From Microbacteriaceae bacterium (GTDB lineage Bacteria; Actinomycetota; Actinomycetes; Actinomycetales; Microbacteriaceae), in NCBI GenBank assembly GCA_035299585.1, contig DATGWF010000077.1, positions 1,427 to 65,426 on the forward strand: 64,000 nt of DNA. Direction: 5' to 3'. The position numbers were made by a program, and so were the translations under genes. Numbering within the stretch: the stretch's first letter is position 1; each line of letters opens with the position of its first letter. The notes under the pieces were generated by a model. It saw nothing but the letters and a program-made list of their open reading frames with translations. It did not search any database and had not been told where the DNA came from. Positions 1-8,700 of this stretch are shown here, one piece after another.

Positions 1-25
1 GCGCTCGAAACCGGGGTTTCCCCGA

Positions 26-1519
26 ATGCAAAGGAGCATGGTGAGCGACGCGTACACGTCAACCCGCGACGGCTGGGTGGCCAGAGAAGAACTGGCCGAA
101 CGCATGATTCCCCTCATCGGGGAGCTGTACCGCCGGCACGGCGTGGTGACCTCTATTCACGGTCGACGACTGGTGTCGCGAGGTGCCATCGACATCATCA
201 AGGCGCACCGTTTCGCCCGCTTGCTCGACGGCAGTGAGCTGCCACTCGAGACGACTCTCTCGCTCCTCGAGGCGCTCGCGAGTCTGCCGCCCCGTCCGGC
301 CTCCATTGATCTCGGCCGGCTGGCCATGGAGTGGTCGCTCGAAGCCGCCGGCACGGATCTCTCGCCCTGGCTCGCGTCCCGCCTCGAAGGCCTCGATACG
401 GGCACCTCGCGCGGCACCGATGTGGTGTTGTACGGCTTCGGCCGAATCGGACGGCTGCTCGCCCGCATTCTCATCGCTCAGCACGGCAACGGCAACGGAT
501 TGCGTTTGCGGGCCGTGGTCGTGCGCAAAGGTGCCGAAAACGACCTCGTCAAGCGCGCCAGTCTGCTTCGACGCGACTCGGTTCACGGCTCCTTTGCGGG
601 GACAATCTCGGTGGATGAGGCGAGCAACACCATCACCGCGAACGGCACTCGCATCCAGGTGATTTACTCCAACGATCCGGCCGACATCGACTACACGAGC
701 TTCGGCATTTCGGACGCCATCGTCGTCGACAACACTGGGCGCTGGCGGGATGCCGACGGTCTCGGTGAGCACTTGCGCGCAAAGGGTGTGGCCCGTGTAC
801 TGCTCACCGCGCCGGGCAAATCGCCGCTCAAGAACATCGTGTTCGGCATCAACGACGACACCATCGAGGAATCGGACCGTATCGTCTCGGCGGCGTCGTG
901 CACGACCAATGCCATCACGCCGGTGCTCAAGGCGCTTGATGACGCCTTTGGGGTGGAACGCGGCCACGTCGAGACCGTGCACTCGTTCACGAACGACCAA
1001 AACCTCATCGACAACTTCCACAAGGGAGACCGTCGTGGCCGCGCCGCGGCGCTCAACATGGTCATCACCGAGACCGGTGCCGCGAAGGCCGTTGCGAAAG
1101 CGTTGCCGCAGCTCGAGGGCAAGCTCACCGGCTCGGCGATTCGCGTCCCCACCCCGGATGTCTCAATCGCCATCCTGAACTTGCGTCTGGCGACTCCGAC
1201 GACGCGGGACGAACTGAACGCCTACCTGCGCGAGGTGTCACTGCATTCCGAACTGCGTCAACAAGTGGACTATGTCGAATCGCCCGAAGTGGTGTCTACC
1301 GACTTCGTTGGCTCGCATCGGGCCGGGATTGTTGACGGTCTCGCGACGATCGCGAACGGCCAGGATGTCGTGGTCTACGTCTGGTACGACAACGAGTTCG
1401 GCTACAGCTGCCAGGTGGTGCGCGTGCTCGAAAAGATGGCGGGCGTGCACCCGGTCGTGGTGCCACCGCGCTCCCGCGTCAGCATTGCTGACGTCCGAGC
1501 CCACCTCGCCTCTGATTGA
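26..1519 (+). CDS. gap: glyceraldehyde-3-phosphate dehydrogenase, long (about 480-500 aa) actinobacterial form
   Basis: 497-aa ORF. The Rossmann motif VVLYGFGRIGRL starts only at about aa 133. Catalytic SAASCTTNAITP and C-terminal WYDNEFGYS motifs are present. The ~130-aa N-terminal extension precedes the canonical fold. Confidence 0.9.
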   Translation: MQRSMVSDAYTSTRDGWVAREELAERMIPLIGELYRRHGVVTSIHGRRLVSRGAIDIIKAHRFARLLDGSELPLETTLSLLEALASLPPRPASIDLGRLAMEWSLEAAGTDLSPWLASRLEGLDTGTSRGTDVVLYGFGRIGRLLARILIAQHGNGNGLRLRAVVVRKGAENDLVKRASLLRRDSVHGSFAGTISVDEASNTITANGTRIQVIYSNDPADIDYTSFGISDAIVVDNTGRWRDADGLGEHLRAKGVARVLLTAPGKSPLKNIVFGINDDTIEESDRIVSAASCTTNAITPVLKALDDAFGVERGHVETVHSFTNDQNLIDNFHKGDRRGRAAALNMVITETGAAKAVAKALPQLEGKLTGSAIRVPTPDVSIAILNLRLATPTTRDELNAYLREVSLHSELRQQVDYVESPEVVSTDFVGSHRAGIVDGLATIANGQDVVVYVWYDNEFGYSCQVVRVLEKMAGVHPVVVPPRSRVSIADVRAHLASD

Positions 1520-1524
1520 AGCTA

Positions 1525-1554
1525 AACGGCCGGGCCCGCATGGACCCGGCCGTT
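1525..1554. terminator. bidirectional stem-loop between convergent gap and the surface-protein gene
   Basis: Perfect 10-bp stem AACGGCCGGG / CCCGGCCGTT (1525-1534 / 1545-1554) in the 50-bp gap between two convergent stops. No strong U-tract. Confidence 0.55.
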
Positions 1555-1569
1555 CTGGTTGTGGCGTGA

Positions 1570-2565
1570 TTATCGCTCAGCGCGCGCAGCGACTCGACGG
1601 CGCTGGCCGATGAGCACGACGGTGGCACCGAGGAGCGCGAAGCCGGCCGAGAGAGCGCCCCAAGCGGGGCCCTGTGCACCGGTCGAAGCGAGCGCTGCGG
1701 CAGATGCCGACGGGGTCGACGCGGGTTCAGCTTCCGGGAGCGCCCAGTAGTTCGTGCCGTTGACGAGCGCGCCGATGTCGTCGTTCGAGATGTTGCCGAT
1801 CTGGGTCCACGAGCCGAGCGATTCAAAATCGACCGAGACGAAACCCGACCACGAGTTTGCATAGATGGTGCCGTCAGGCAAAAACGCGGCGCCATACATC
1901 GTCTGGTTTCCGCCCGCGGCGATGTCGGTGAACGTCCCCGTCGCCGGGTCCCAGGTGTACATGTCGTCCAACTGGTGGGAGGTCTGCATATAGAAGTTGC
2001 CGTCTTGCGGCGAGACGACCATAAAGTTCATGACCGCGTTGTTCGGCATCGCCCAAAACTCTTCCATCGCACCGGTCTCGAAGTTCACCCGCACCAGGTA
2101 GGTGTTGGCTGCGGGCTGTGAACGGATGCCCATGTAGAGGGTGCCATCGGGAGCGAACACCATCGAAGTGCAGTCGCGCACAACGCTGGACGAATCGGGG
2201 AACGTGCCGTTCGGAACGACCTCGGTGTCGGTGCCGATTCCGGTCTGAGTGTCGAGCTCCCAAATCTGGCAGTTCTGGGGCTGCGAGTTGATGAAGTACA
2301 GCTTGCCGTCGACCGGGTTGATCGACGCGCCGAGGATGCTCGAGCCGGGCCCCATTCCAATCTGGTTCGGGAGCGGAGTGCCGACGCCGGTCTGAGTGTC
2401 GACGACGTATGCCTGGTCGCTTGAGTACCCGAAGGCGTAAATCTCAGTCGTGGCCGACAAGTTCGGCGCCGGTTCAGCCGATGCTGCGCCAGCCCCGACA
2501 ATCGAGAGCCCGACAAGTGAGGTTACGAGGGCAGTCAGGGTGCCAATGCGAGTGAACGTCTTCAT
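1570..2565 (-). CDS. secreted beta-propeller-like protein with C-terminal LAxTG (LASTG) cell-wall sorting signal
   Basis: Track ORF 1570..2760 trimmed to ATG 2565. This gives the signal peptide MKTFTRIGTLTALVTSLVGLSIVGAGAASA. Repeated DGxxY blade-like motifs (VDGKLYF, PDGTLYM, QDGNFYM, PDGTIYA). The C-terminus is LASTG + hydrophobic segment + RRR tail. Confidence 0.75.
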   Translation of the reverse strand: MKTFTRIGTLTALVTSLVGLSIVGAGAASAEPAPNLSATTEIYAFGYSSDQAYVVDTQTGVGTPLPNQIGMGPGSSILGASINPVDGKLYFINSQPQNCQIWELDTQTGIGTDTEVVPNGTFPDSSSVVRDCTSMVFAPDGTLYMGIRSQPAANTYLVRVNFETGAMEEFWAMPNNAVMNFMVVSPQDGNFYMQTSHQLDDMYTWDPATGTFTDIAAGGNQTMYGAAFLPDGTIYANSWSGFVSVDFESLGSWTQIGNISNDDIGALVNGTNYWALPEAEPASTPSASAAALASTGAQGPAWGALSAGFALLGATVVLIGQRRRVAARAER

Positions 2566-2620
2566 GGTCTCAAGCCTAAGTTGCGTGCGCCCTCGGCCAA
2601 AACTCTCGACACATGATGGG

Positions 2621-2974
2621 TCACCTGGCCGGTCCGATCGCGCCTCTACTGGCAGCCAGTCCGGTACCCACTGCGCTCGCCGCGGCGACGACGATTCCGT
2701 TGTTGAACCCGGGCATTGAGAGGACCGCGAGGGCAAATGCGAATGTGATACCCGCAGCAATGAGGGACTTCACGGCCGGGCGCCTGCCCTGAAGGGAGGC
2801 GACGAGGCCGCCGACCGCTCCAGCACCGAGACCAATGCCTCCCGCAACGATGAGGCCAAAACTCACGAATCCCGCGCCATTCGAAATGGCTGGAATCGTG
2901 ACGAAGAGCGCTCCAATCACTGCAGCAATGCAACCCCCGAGTGCGGCTCGGGTTATGAACGACAGTCGGGACAC
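2621..2974 (-). CDS. small Gly/Ala-rich integral membrane protein (hypothetical)
   Basis: 117-aa ORF with 3-4 hydrophobic segments (GGIGLGAGAVGGLVASL glycine-zipper-like). Same strand and immediately upstream of the 1570..2565 gene. No family recognised. Confidence 0.45.
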   Translation of the reverse strand: MSRLSFITRAALGGCIAAVIGALFVTIPAISNGAGFVSFGLIVAGGIGLGAGAVGGLVASLQGRRPAVKSLIAAGITFAFALAVLSMPGFNNGIVVAAASAVGTGLAASRGAIGPAR

Positions 2975-3122
2975 GAGCTGCCTCCGGGGATTTTCTGCAT
3001 GTCCAGGTGTTGAACGCGCTTCTCAATTAGTCGTTGGAAGTTCATCGTGTTCGGCCTCGTCGGACCGCACAGCTCTGCACACCTCTCCCCGATAGGGGGG
3101 CGGCGGAAAACGGATCCCTGAC

Positions 3123-4565
3123 TTACGGCGTCGTGTGGCGGTCGAGGAACTGGTACACCTCGGCGTCGTCAACGCCGGGGAACGTGCCACTCGGCAACGG
3201 TGACAGCACGTGCGCGTGCAACCGCGCGCTCGGCCAGGCCTGCGTTGCCCATCGTGCGGCGAGATCACTGTTGGGGCGGCGGCAGCATGACTCGTCGGGG
3301 CAGCGTGATTCTGCTCGAACCGTGGTGTCGCGTCCGCGGAACCACTTCGCCTCGTCGAACGGCACGCCGATGGTAATCGAGAACTCGTCGTCGCTCGTGT
3401 ACCCGGTCTGCGTGGCACACCAGTAGGTGCCGTTCGGGGTGTCGGTGTATTGGTAGTTCTCGGTGGTCCGGTTCGTTTCGCCGAACGCGGAGCGGGCACT
3501 CCACTTCTTGCACACCCATTGCCCCTCGACCGAACCGGTCACGTCACTCGGGAGCGGCAGGCCGTCGTTCTCGTAGGCCTTGAGGAGCGCACCGTCCCCG
3601 TTGACCCGCAGAAAATGCATGGTGAGGTCGAGGTGGGAGGTGGCAAGATTCGTCAGGCGCAGCGCCGCAGCCTCGTGCGTCACGCCGAACGCGTCGCGGA
3701 AATCTTCGACCGCGAGTCGTTTCTCTCGTTTCGCCTCGGAGAGGAACGCCACGGCCGCTTCCCGCGGCATCAGGCACGCCGCCGCGAAGTAGTTGATTTC
3801 GAGACGCTGCCAGAGGAACTCCGCATAGCTGTATGGGCGCTGGTGGTCGAGCAGTCGGTGCGCCATCGCCTGGAGGGCCATCGCACGCAGGCCGTGCCCG
3901 CCAGGAATCGACGCCGGCGGCAGGTAGATGCGGCCATTTTCGAGATCCGTGATGCTTCGCGTCGAGTGAGGCAAGTCGCTCGCATAGATGAGTTGGAAGC
4001 CGAGCTGTTCGGCCATCACGCTCACCTCGCGGTGAGTGAGTGCACCGGAGCGGTGACCGGATGCGCGCACGCGCTCCTCTGCGAGCTCCTCGAGTGCGGG
4101 CAGGTAGTTGTTCTTCGAGCGCATGAGCGCGCGCAATTCAGTGTTGGCCCGGCGAGCCTCCTCGGGGGTGGCAATCGCTTCGTTTGCCCGCCGCTCGAGC
4201 TCGCGATGCAATCCCACAATCGCCTCGAGCGTCTCATTGGGCAAGCCTTTGCTCGGCTTGATCGCCGGAAGCCCCAGAGCGGCATAGAGCGGGTTCGCTT
4301 GGGCGCGCTGCAGTTCGAGTTCGAGCGCGGCGCGAGTGTTGGGGGCCTCCGGACTGAGGAGTTCGGTGAGCGGTACGCGGAGCGCTCCCGCGATGTCGGA
4401 CAGGGTCGAAAGCTTCGGCTCCCGCTTGCCGTTTTCGATGAGCGAGAGCACACTCGGCGCGGCCCCCACCTGAGCGGCGAGCCCATCGAGTGTGAGGCCG
4501 GCGGCGGTGCGAAAGTGACGAATCCGCTGTCCGACCACCGCGACATCGAGTCCCAGACCGGCCAT
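3123..4565 (-). CDS. XRE-family HTH regulator fused to ImmA/IrrE-type metallopeptidase-like and C-terminal domain (RamB / short-chain fatty-acyl-CoA regulator type)
   Basis: Track ORF trimmed to ATG 4565 (MAGLGLDVAVVGQRIRHFRTAAGLTLDGLAAQVGAAPSVLSLIENGKREPKLS is a Cro/C1 HTH). Length about 480 aa. Divergent from pckG, as in RamB-type regulators of acetate/gluconeogenic genes. Confidence 0.8.
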   Translation of the reverse strand: MAGLGLDVAVVGQRIRHFRTAAGLTLDGLAAQVGAAPSVLSLIENGKREPKLSTLSDIAGALRVPLTELLSPEAPNTRAALELELQRAQANPLYAALGLPAIKPSKGLPNETLEAIVGLHRELERRANEAIATPEEARRANTELRALMRSKNNYLPALEELAEERVRASGHRSGALTHREVSVMAEQLGFQLIYASDLPHSTRSITDLENGRIYLPPASIPGGHGLRAMALQAMAHRLLDHQRPYSYAEFLWQRLEINYFAAACLMPREAAVAFLSEAKREKRLAVEDFRDAFGVTHEAAALRLTNLATSHLDLTMHFLRVNGDGALLKAYENDGLPLPSDVTGSVEGQWVCKKWSARSAFGETNRTTENYQYTDTPNGTYWCATQTGYTSDDEFSITIGVPFDEAKWFRGRDTTVRAESRCPDESCCRRPNSDLAARWATQAWPSARLHAHVLSPLPSGTFPGVDDAEVYQFLDRHTTP

Positions 4566-4683
4566 AACTTCTCCAAACGTAAAGAATGGCAAAAGTTTAT
4601 TCGGTTTTTCGGGCTCGGTGGGGTGAAAGTGGGCGAAAAATAGAGCTAGCGGCAACAGTTTCACTATTCGGAGGGGCGAGATC

Positions 4684-6534
4684 GTGACACTTTCACATTC
4701 CACGCACAGCACCGGCGCTGACGCTGCCCCGCAGAGTGGCACGAGCGACCCGGCCCTCCGCGCCTGGGTTTCCGAGGTCGCGGCGCTCACCCAGCCCGAC
4801 CAGATTGTCTGGTGCGATGGCTCGCTCGCCGAATCGGATCGCCTCACAAAGCAGCTCGTTGCCGACGGCACGCTCATCAAACTCAACCCGGAGTGGCGCC
4901 CGAATAGCTACCTCGCCCGCACCGACCCGAGCGACGTCGCGCGCGTTGAAGACCGCACGTTCGTATGCTCGACCTACGAAGAAGACGCCGGCCCCACCAA
5001 CAACTGGCGTGACCCGCACGAGATGCGTGGCGAGCTCTCCGGTGTGTTCGCGGGCAGCATGCGCGGCCGCACGATGTACGTCGTGCCGTTCTCGATGGGC
5101 CCGGTCGGTGGGCCGATTTCCCAGCTCGGCATCGAGATCACGGATAGCCCGTACGTGGTCCTCAGCATGGGCATCATGACCCGCATGACCGAGCAGGTCT
5201 ATCGCCTCATCGAGGCGGGCACTCCGTGGGTGCGCACGGTGCACTCGGTGGGCTTCCCGCTCGTGACCGCCGACGGCCCGCGAGCTGACGTGGCCTGGCC
5301 GTGCAACGAGACGAAGTACATCGTGCAGTTCCCCGACTCGCGCGAAGTGTGGTCCTTCGGTTCCGGATACGGCGGCAACGCCATCCTGGCAAAGAAGGCG
5401 TTCGCGTTGCGCATCGCCTCCGTGATGGGCCGCGACGAAGGCTGGATGGCCGAGCACATGCTGCTCATCAAGGTCACGTCGCCCGCCGGCAAAGCGTTCC
5501 ACATTGCGGCGGCGTTCCCGTCGGCCTGTGGCAAAACCAACCTCGCCATGCTCCGCCCCACCATTCCAGGTTGGAAGGTGGAGACACTCGGCGACGACAT
5601 CGTGTGGATGCGACCCGGCGAGGACGGGCGACTCTACGCGATCAACCCCGAAGCCGGATTCTTTGGGGTGGCGCCGGGCACCGGCGAGTCCACCAATCCG
5701 ACGGCAGTTCAGACACTCTGGGGGAACGTCATTTTCACCAACGTCGCACTCCGCGAGGATGGCGATGTGTGGTGGGAGGGGCTCACCGACGCGGTGCCCG
5801 AGCGCCTCACCGACTGGCAGGGCCAACCGTGGAGGCCGAATTCGGGCCGGCTTGCCGCGCACCCGAATTCGCGTTTCACGGTCGCGGCCGCGCAGTGTCC
5901 GCAAATCTCGGACGACTGGGAGGCGTTCGCCGGGGTGCCGGTCGATGCCATCCTGTTCGGTGGCCGCCGCGCAACCAATGTGCCATTGGTCGCACAAGCC
6001 CGCTCGTGGAAGCACGGTGTGTTTATGGGGGCGACCATCTCGAGCGAGAAGACCGCTGCGGCGGAGGGGACGGTCGGTGAACTCCGCCGGGACCCGTTCG
6101 CGATGCTGCCGTTTTGCGGCTACAACATGGCCGACTACTGGGCGCACTGGCTGAAGATGGGGCGCACGCTCGGCACGAAGGCTCCGGCCCTGTTCCAGGT
6201 GAATTGGTTCCGTCGTGGCCACGACGGCTCGTTCCTGTGGCCTGGTTTTGGCGAAAACTCGCGCGTTATCGAGTGGATTGTGGGACGGCTCGAGGGCACG
6301 GTGAGAGGCCGCGAGACCCCGATTGGCATCCTGCCGGCAGCGGACGAACTCGACGTCGAAGGCCTCGACATTGCGCCTGAAGCGCTCGCCGAGCTGTTCG
6401 AGATTGACCCGGAGAGCTGGCTCGCCGAATGCGAGCTGACCGAGGCCTACTTCGAGCAGTTCAACGGCCGTGTGCCGGCAGCTCTGAACGCCGAACTGGC
6501 AAGTTTGCGCTACCAGCTGGAACGCATGGAGTAG
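4684..6534 (+). CDS. pckG: phosphoenolpyruvate carboxykinase (GTP)
   Basis: 616-aa ORF with GTG start. Hallmark GTP-PEPCK motifs FPSACGKTN (kinase-1a), [10 protein letters not shown] and [16 protein letters not shown]. Confidence 0.95.
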   Translation: MTLSHSTHSTGADAAPQSGTSDPALRAWVSEVAALTQPDQIVWCDGSLAESDRLTKQLVADGTLIKLNPEWRPNSYLARTDPSDVARVEDRTFVCSTYEEDAGPTNNWRDPHEMRGELSGVFAGSMRGRTMYVVPFSMGPVGGPISQLGIEITDSPYVVLSMGIMTRMTEQVYRLIEAGTPWVRTVHSVGFPLVTADGPRADVAWPCNETKYIVQFPDSREVWSFGSGYGGNAILAKKAFALRIASVMGRDEGWMAEHMLLIKVTSPAGKAFHIAAAFPSACGKTNLAMLRPTIPGWKVETLGDDIVWMRPGEDGRLYAINPEAGFFGVAPGTGESTNPTAVQTLWGNVIFTNVALREDGDVWWEGLTDAVPERLTDWQGQPWRPNSGRLAAHPNSRFTVAAAQCPQISDDWEAFAGVPVDAILFGGRRATNVPLVAQARSWKHGVFMGATISSEKTAAAEGTVGELRRDPFAMLPFCGYNMADYWAHWLKMGRTLGTKAPALFQVNWFRRGHDGSFLWPGFGENSRVIEWIVGRLEGTVRGRETPIGILPAADELDVEGLDIAPEALAELFEIDPESWLAECELTEAYFEQFNGRVPAALNAELASLRYQLERME

Positions 6535-6587
6535 CGAGTCTTCGATCCGGTCGCGGTGGCGTGTGCCCGGCCGGATCGAACCCCCGT

Positions 6588-6622
6588 CCGGCCCCCATCG
6601 TTGCGTGTGCGATGGGGGCCGG
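6588..6622 (+). terminator. intrinsic terminator-like hairpin after pckG
   Basis: Perfect 13-bp GC-rich stem CCGGCCCCCATCG / CGATGGGGGCCGG with a 9-nt loop, followed by ATATGTTT. A second weaker hairpin (TTCGATCCGG...CCGGATCGAA, 6541-6580) precedes it. Confidence 0.7.
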
Positions 6623-6808
6623 ATATGTTTCAGCGCGGCGCTTGCACCGATGCGCGACAGACACGGTATGTCATTTGTGCGTGCGAGACATCAGCGGCCT
6701 CGCCAGTGCTGCGCCCAATGTATGGAAGGACAGGCTTTCCGGCGCAGAGATTCAAACTGGCTGCTGTCGAGACGCATGCGCAAGTGATTGCGAGAGATGG
6801 CCGCGAGG

Positions 6809-7678
6809 TCAGGGTAGCGTGGCATCGCGGCCGGGAGGAATGTTCTGCCGAATCGTATGTGCGTCACGCTGGGCTTGGCGCTGCAGGGGAACCACCAGGG
6901 GCGAGCCGGTGACCGGATCTGGAACGACGATGCACTCGAGGTCGTAGACCGACTTGACCGTCTCTGGGGTGATGACTTCCTCAGGTGTTCCCGTCGCGAC
7001 GATGCGTCCGCCGGCGATGGCAAACAAATGGTCGGCATACCGAGATGCAAGATTGAGATCATGCAACACCATGCCGATGGTCGTTCCATGGTCGCGATTC
7101 AATTCGGCAATGAGCTCGAGCGTGTCAATTTGGTGGCGCACGTCGAGAAAGGTCGTCGGTTCGTCAAGAAGGACGATGTCGGCCCGTTGAGCAAGGGTCA
7201 TGGCGAGCCAAACACGTTGACGCTGTCCGCCCGAGAGCTCCTCGATTCGTCGCTGAGCGAGGTCCGCCACGCCTGTGGCGTCGAGCGAGGCTTTCACGAT
7301 GTCATCATCACCGTGGCTCCATCGACCGAACGCGCCGAGGTGGGGGTAGCGCCCGCGACCTACGAGATCGGCGACAATGATTCCGTCCGGGGCAATCGGA
7401 TTTTGCGGCAATAGCGCGAGTGTTTGCGCGACCTGACGCGTGGGAAGGTGCGAAATCGATTGGCCGTCGAGAGTCACGCGCCCGTCATGTGGTGCGATGA
7501 GCCGAGCGAGCGCGCGAAACAAGGTCGACTTCCCGCTGCCATTCGCTCCAACGAAGACGCTGATTTCTCCCGCTGGTAGGTGAAGGTCGACCGCGTGCAA
7601 CACCCGATGGCCGTCGAAGTTCACCGACACCTGCTCGGCATGCAGGCGACTGTCGCTCCGGGGAGCAATCACATTCAT
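6809..7678 (-). CDS. iron-siderophore ABC transporter ATP-binding protein (FepC/FecE type)
   Basis: Only the C-terminal 289 aa of track ORF 6809..8830 is kept. ATG 7678 overlaps the upstream permease stop (ATGA). Walker A GANGSGKST, signature LSGGQRQR, Walker B IVLLDEPT. Confidence 0.9.
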   Translation of the reverse strand: MNVIAPRSDSRLHAEQVSVNFDGHRVLHAVDLHLPAGEISVFVGANGSGKSTLFRALARLIAPHDGRVTLDGQSISHLPTRQVAQTLALLPQNPIAPDGIIVADLVGRGRYPHLGAFGRWSHGDDDIVKASLDATGVADLAQRRIEELSGGQRQRVWLAMTLAQRADIVLLDEPTTFLDVRHQIDTLELIAELNRDHGTTIGMVLHDLNLASRYADHLFAIAGGRIVATGTPEEVITPETVKSVYDLECIVVPDPVTGSPLVVPLQRQAQRDAHTIRQNIPPGRDATLP

Positions 7679-8700
7679 ATTGATATTCCTTGTCGGTGAG
7701 CGCGGGCGAGGAGGAACAACAGGAAGGGAGCGCCGATAAGGCCGGTGACGACACCGACGGGATAGTTCACGGGTGCGAGATGTTGACTCACGAGGTCGGC
7801 GCTGAGCACGATGATTGCCCCGGTGAGACCGGCCGTTACCAATGGAAATGACTCGCGTCGAACGAGCCGTGACGCTATTGGCCCGGCAAGAAGGGCGACA
7901 AACGCGATTGGCCCCGTCGTCGCGGTGGCTACGGCGATGAGCAGCACGGCGATAATGAGCAGTGTGGCACGAAGCCGGCGCGGCCGTACCCCCAAACCAG
8001 TTGCGACATCGTCCCCAAGCTGCAGGACGGGGACAGAACGAGCGGCGAAGAGGAGAAACGGCGCGACGAGCGCGAATCCGCTGAGCAATGGCCACAACGC
8101 CGGCCAAAACGCGCTGTTCAAACTCCCGGTCAACCATCGGAGGGCGGCCAACACATCCCATTGATTCGCTCGAGCAAGCATCCACTGGGTAACGGCGGTG
8201 AGCAGTGCCGCACAGCCAATTCCAACCAGAATGAGACGGAGCCCCAGGGTGCCGCCACGTTGGGACAGCAAGAAGATAACGGCTGCCGTCGCGAGACCGC
8301 CCATGAGCGCCAAACCGGTCAGCGCCAAACCGGTCGCTCCAAACAGCAGGATTCCGGCGACGGCACTGGCGCTCGCTCCCGCGCTGATGCCAATGATGTC
8401 GGGGCTTGCCAGCGGATTCCGCAGGAGAACTTGAAAGGTGACACCGGCGAATCCAAACGCTGCGCCGGCCACAACTGCGGTGAGCACTCGGGGTAATCGC
8501 AGTCCGGTCACGACAAATGACTGCTCCGTGGATTGGCCGATCAGAATGTTGAAGACCTGGTCCAGTGCGAGGGACTGAACGCCCAGGCAGAGTCCCAGAA
8601 CCGCAAGTGAACAGACGGTCAGCGCCAAAAGGGCGTTCACCAGCCGAGTTCGGCGCTGACGCTGTTGGCGTTTCAACCTGAGGGTCGCGGAGGAACTCAC
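7675..8700 (-). CDS. FecCD-family iron-siderophore ABC permease
   Basis: 341-aa polytopic membrane ORF with the typical FecCD C-terminal region (GPIAFVALLAGPIASRL...GLIGAPFLLFLL). 4-nt overlaps with both neighbours. Confidence 0.9.
   Translation of the reverse strand: MSSSATLRLKRQQRQRRTRLVNALLALTVCSLAVLGLCLGVQSLALDQVFNILIGQSTEQSFVVTGLRLPRVLTAVVAGAAFGFAGVTFQVLLRNPLASPDIIGISAGASASAVAGILLFGATGLALTGLALMGGLATAAVIFLLSQRGGTLGLRLILVGIGCAALLTAVTQWMLARANQWDVLAALRWLTGSLNSAFWPALWPLLSGFALVAPFLLFAARSVPVLQLGDDVATGLGVRPRRLRATLLIIAVLLIAVATATTGPIAFVALLAGPIASRLVRRESFPLVTAGLTGAIIVLSADLVSQHLAPVNYPVGVVTGLIGAPFLLFLLARAHRQGISI

Noticed and set aside
59-1021. 320-aa minus-strand ORF (and several shorter ones) across the gap gene
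   Set aside because: It lies exactly antisense to an ORF with unmistakable GAPDH motifs. The translation is Arg/Gly/His/Val-rich with no recognisable motif. This is a typical high-GC shadow ORF.
3450-4643. 397-aa plus-strand ORF opposite the RamB-like regulator
   Set aside because: It is antisense to an ORF with a clear Cro/C1 HTH and conserved C-terminal domain. Its composition is dominated by R/E/G/H runs.
4693-6222. 509-aa minus-strand ORF
   Set aside because: It is antisense to pckG, which has hallmark GTP-PEPCK motifs. The translation is low-complexity and Arg/His-rich.
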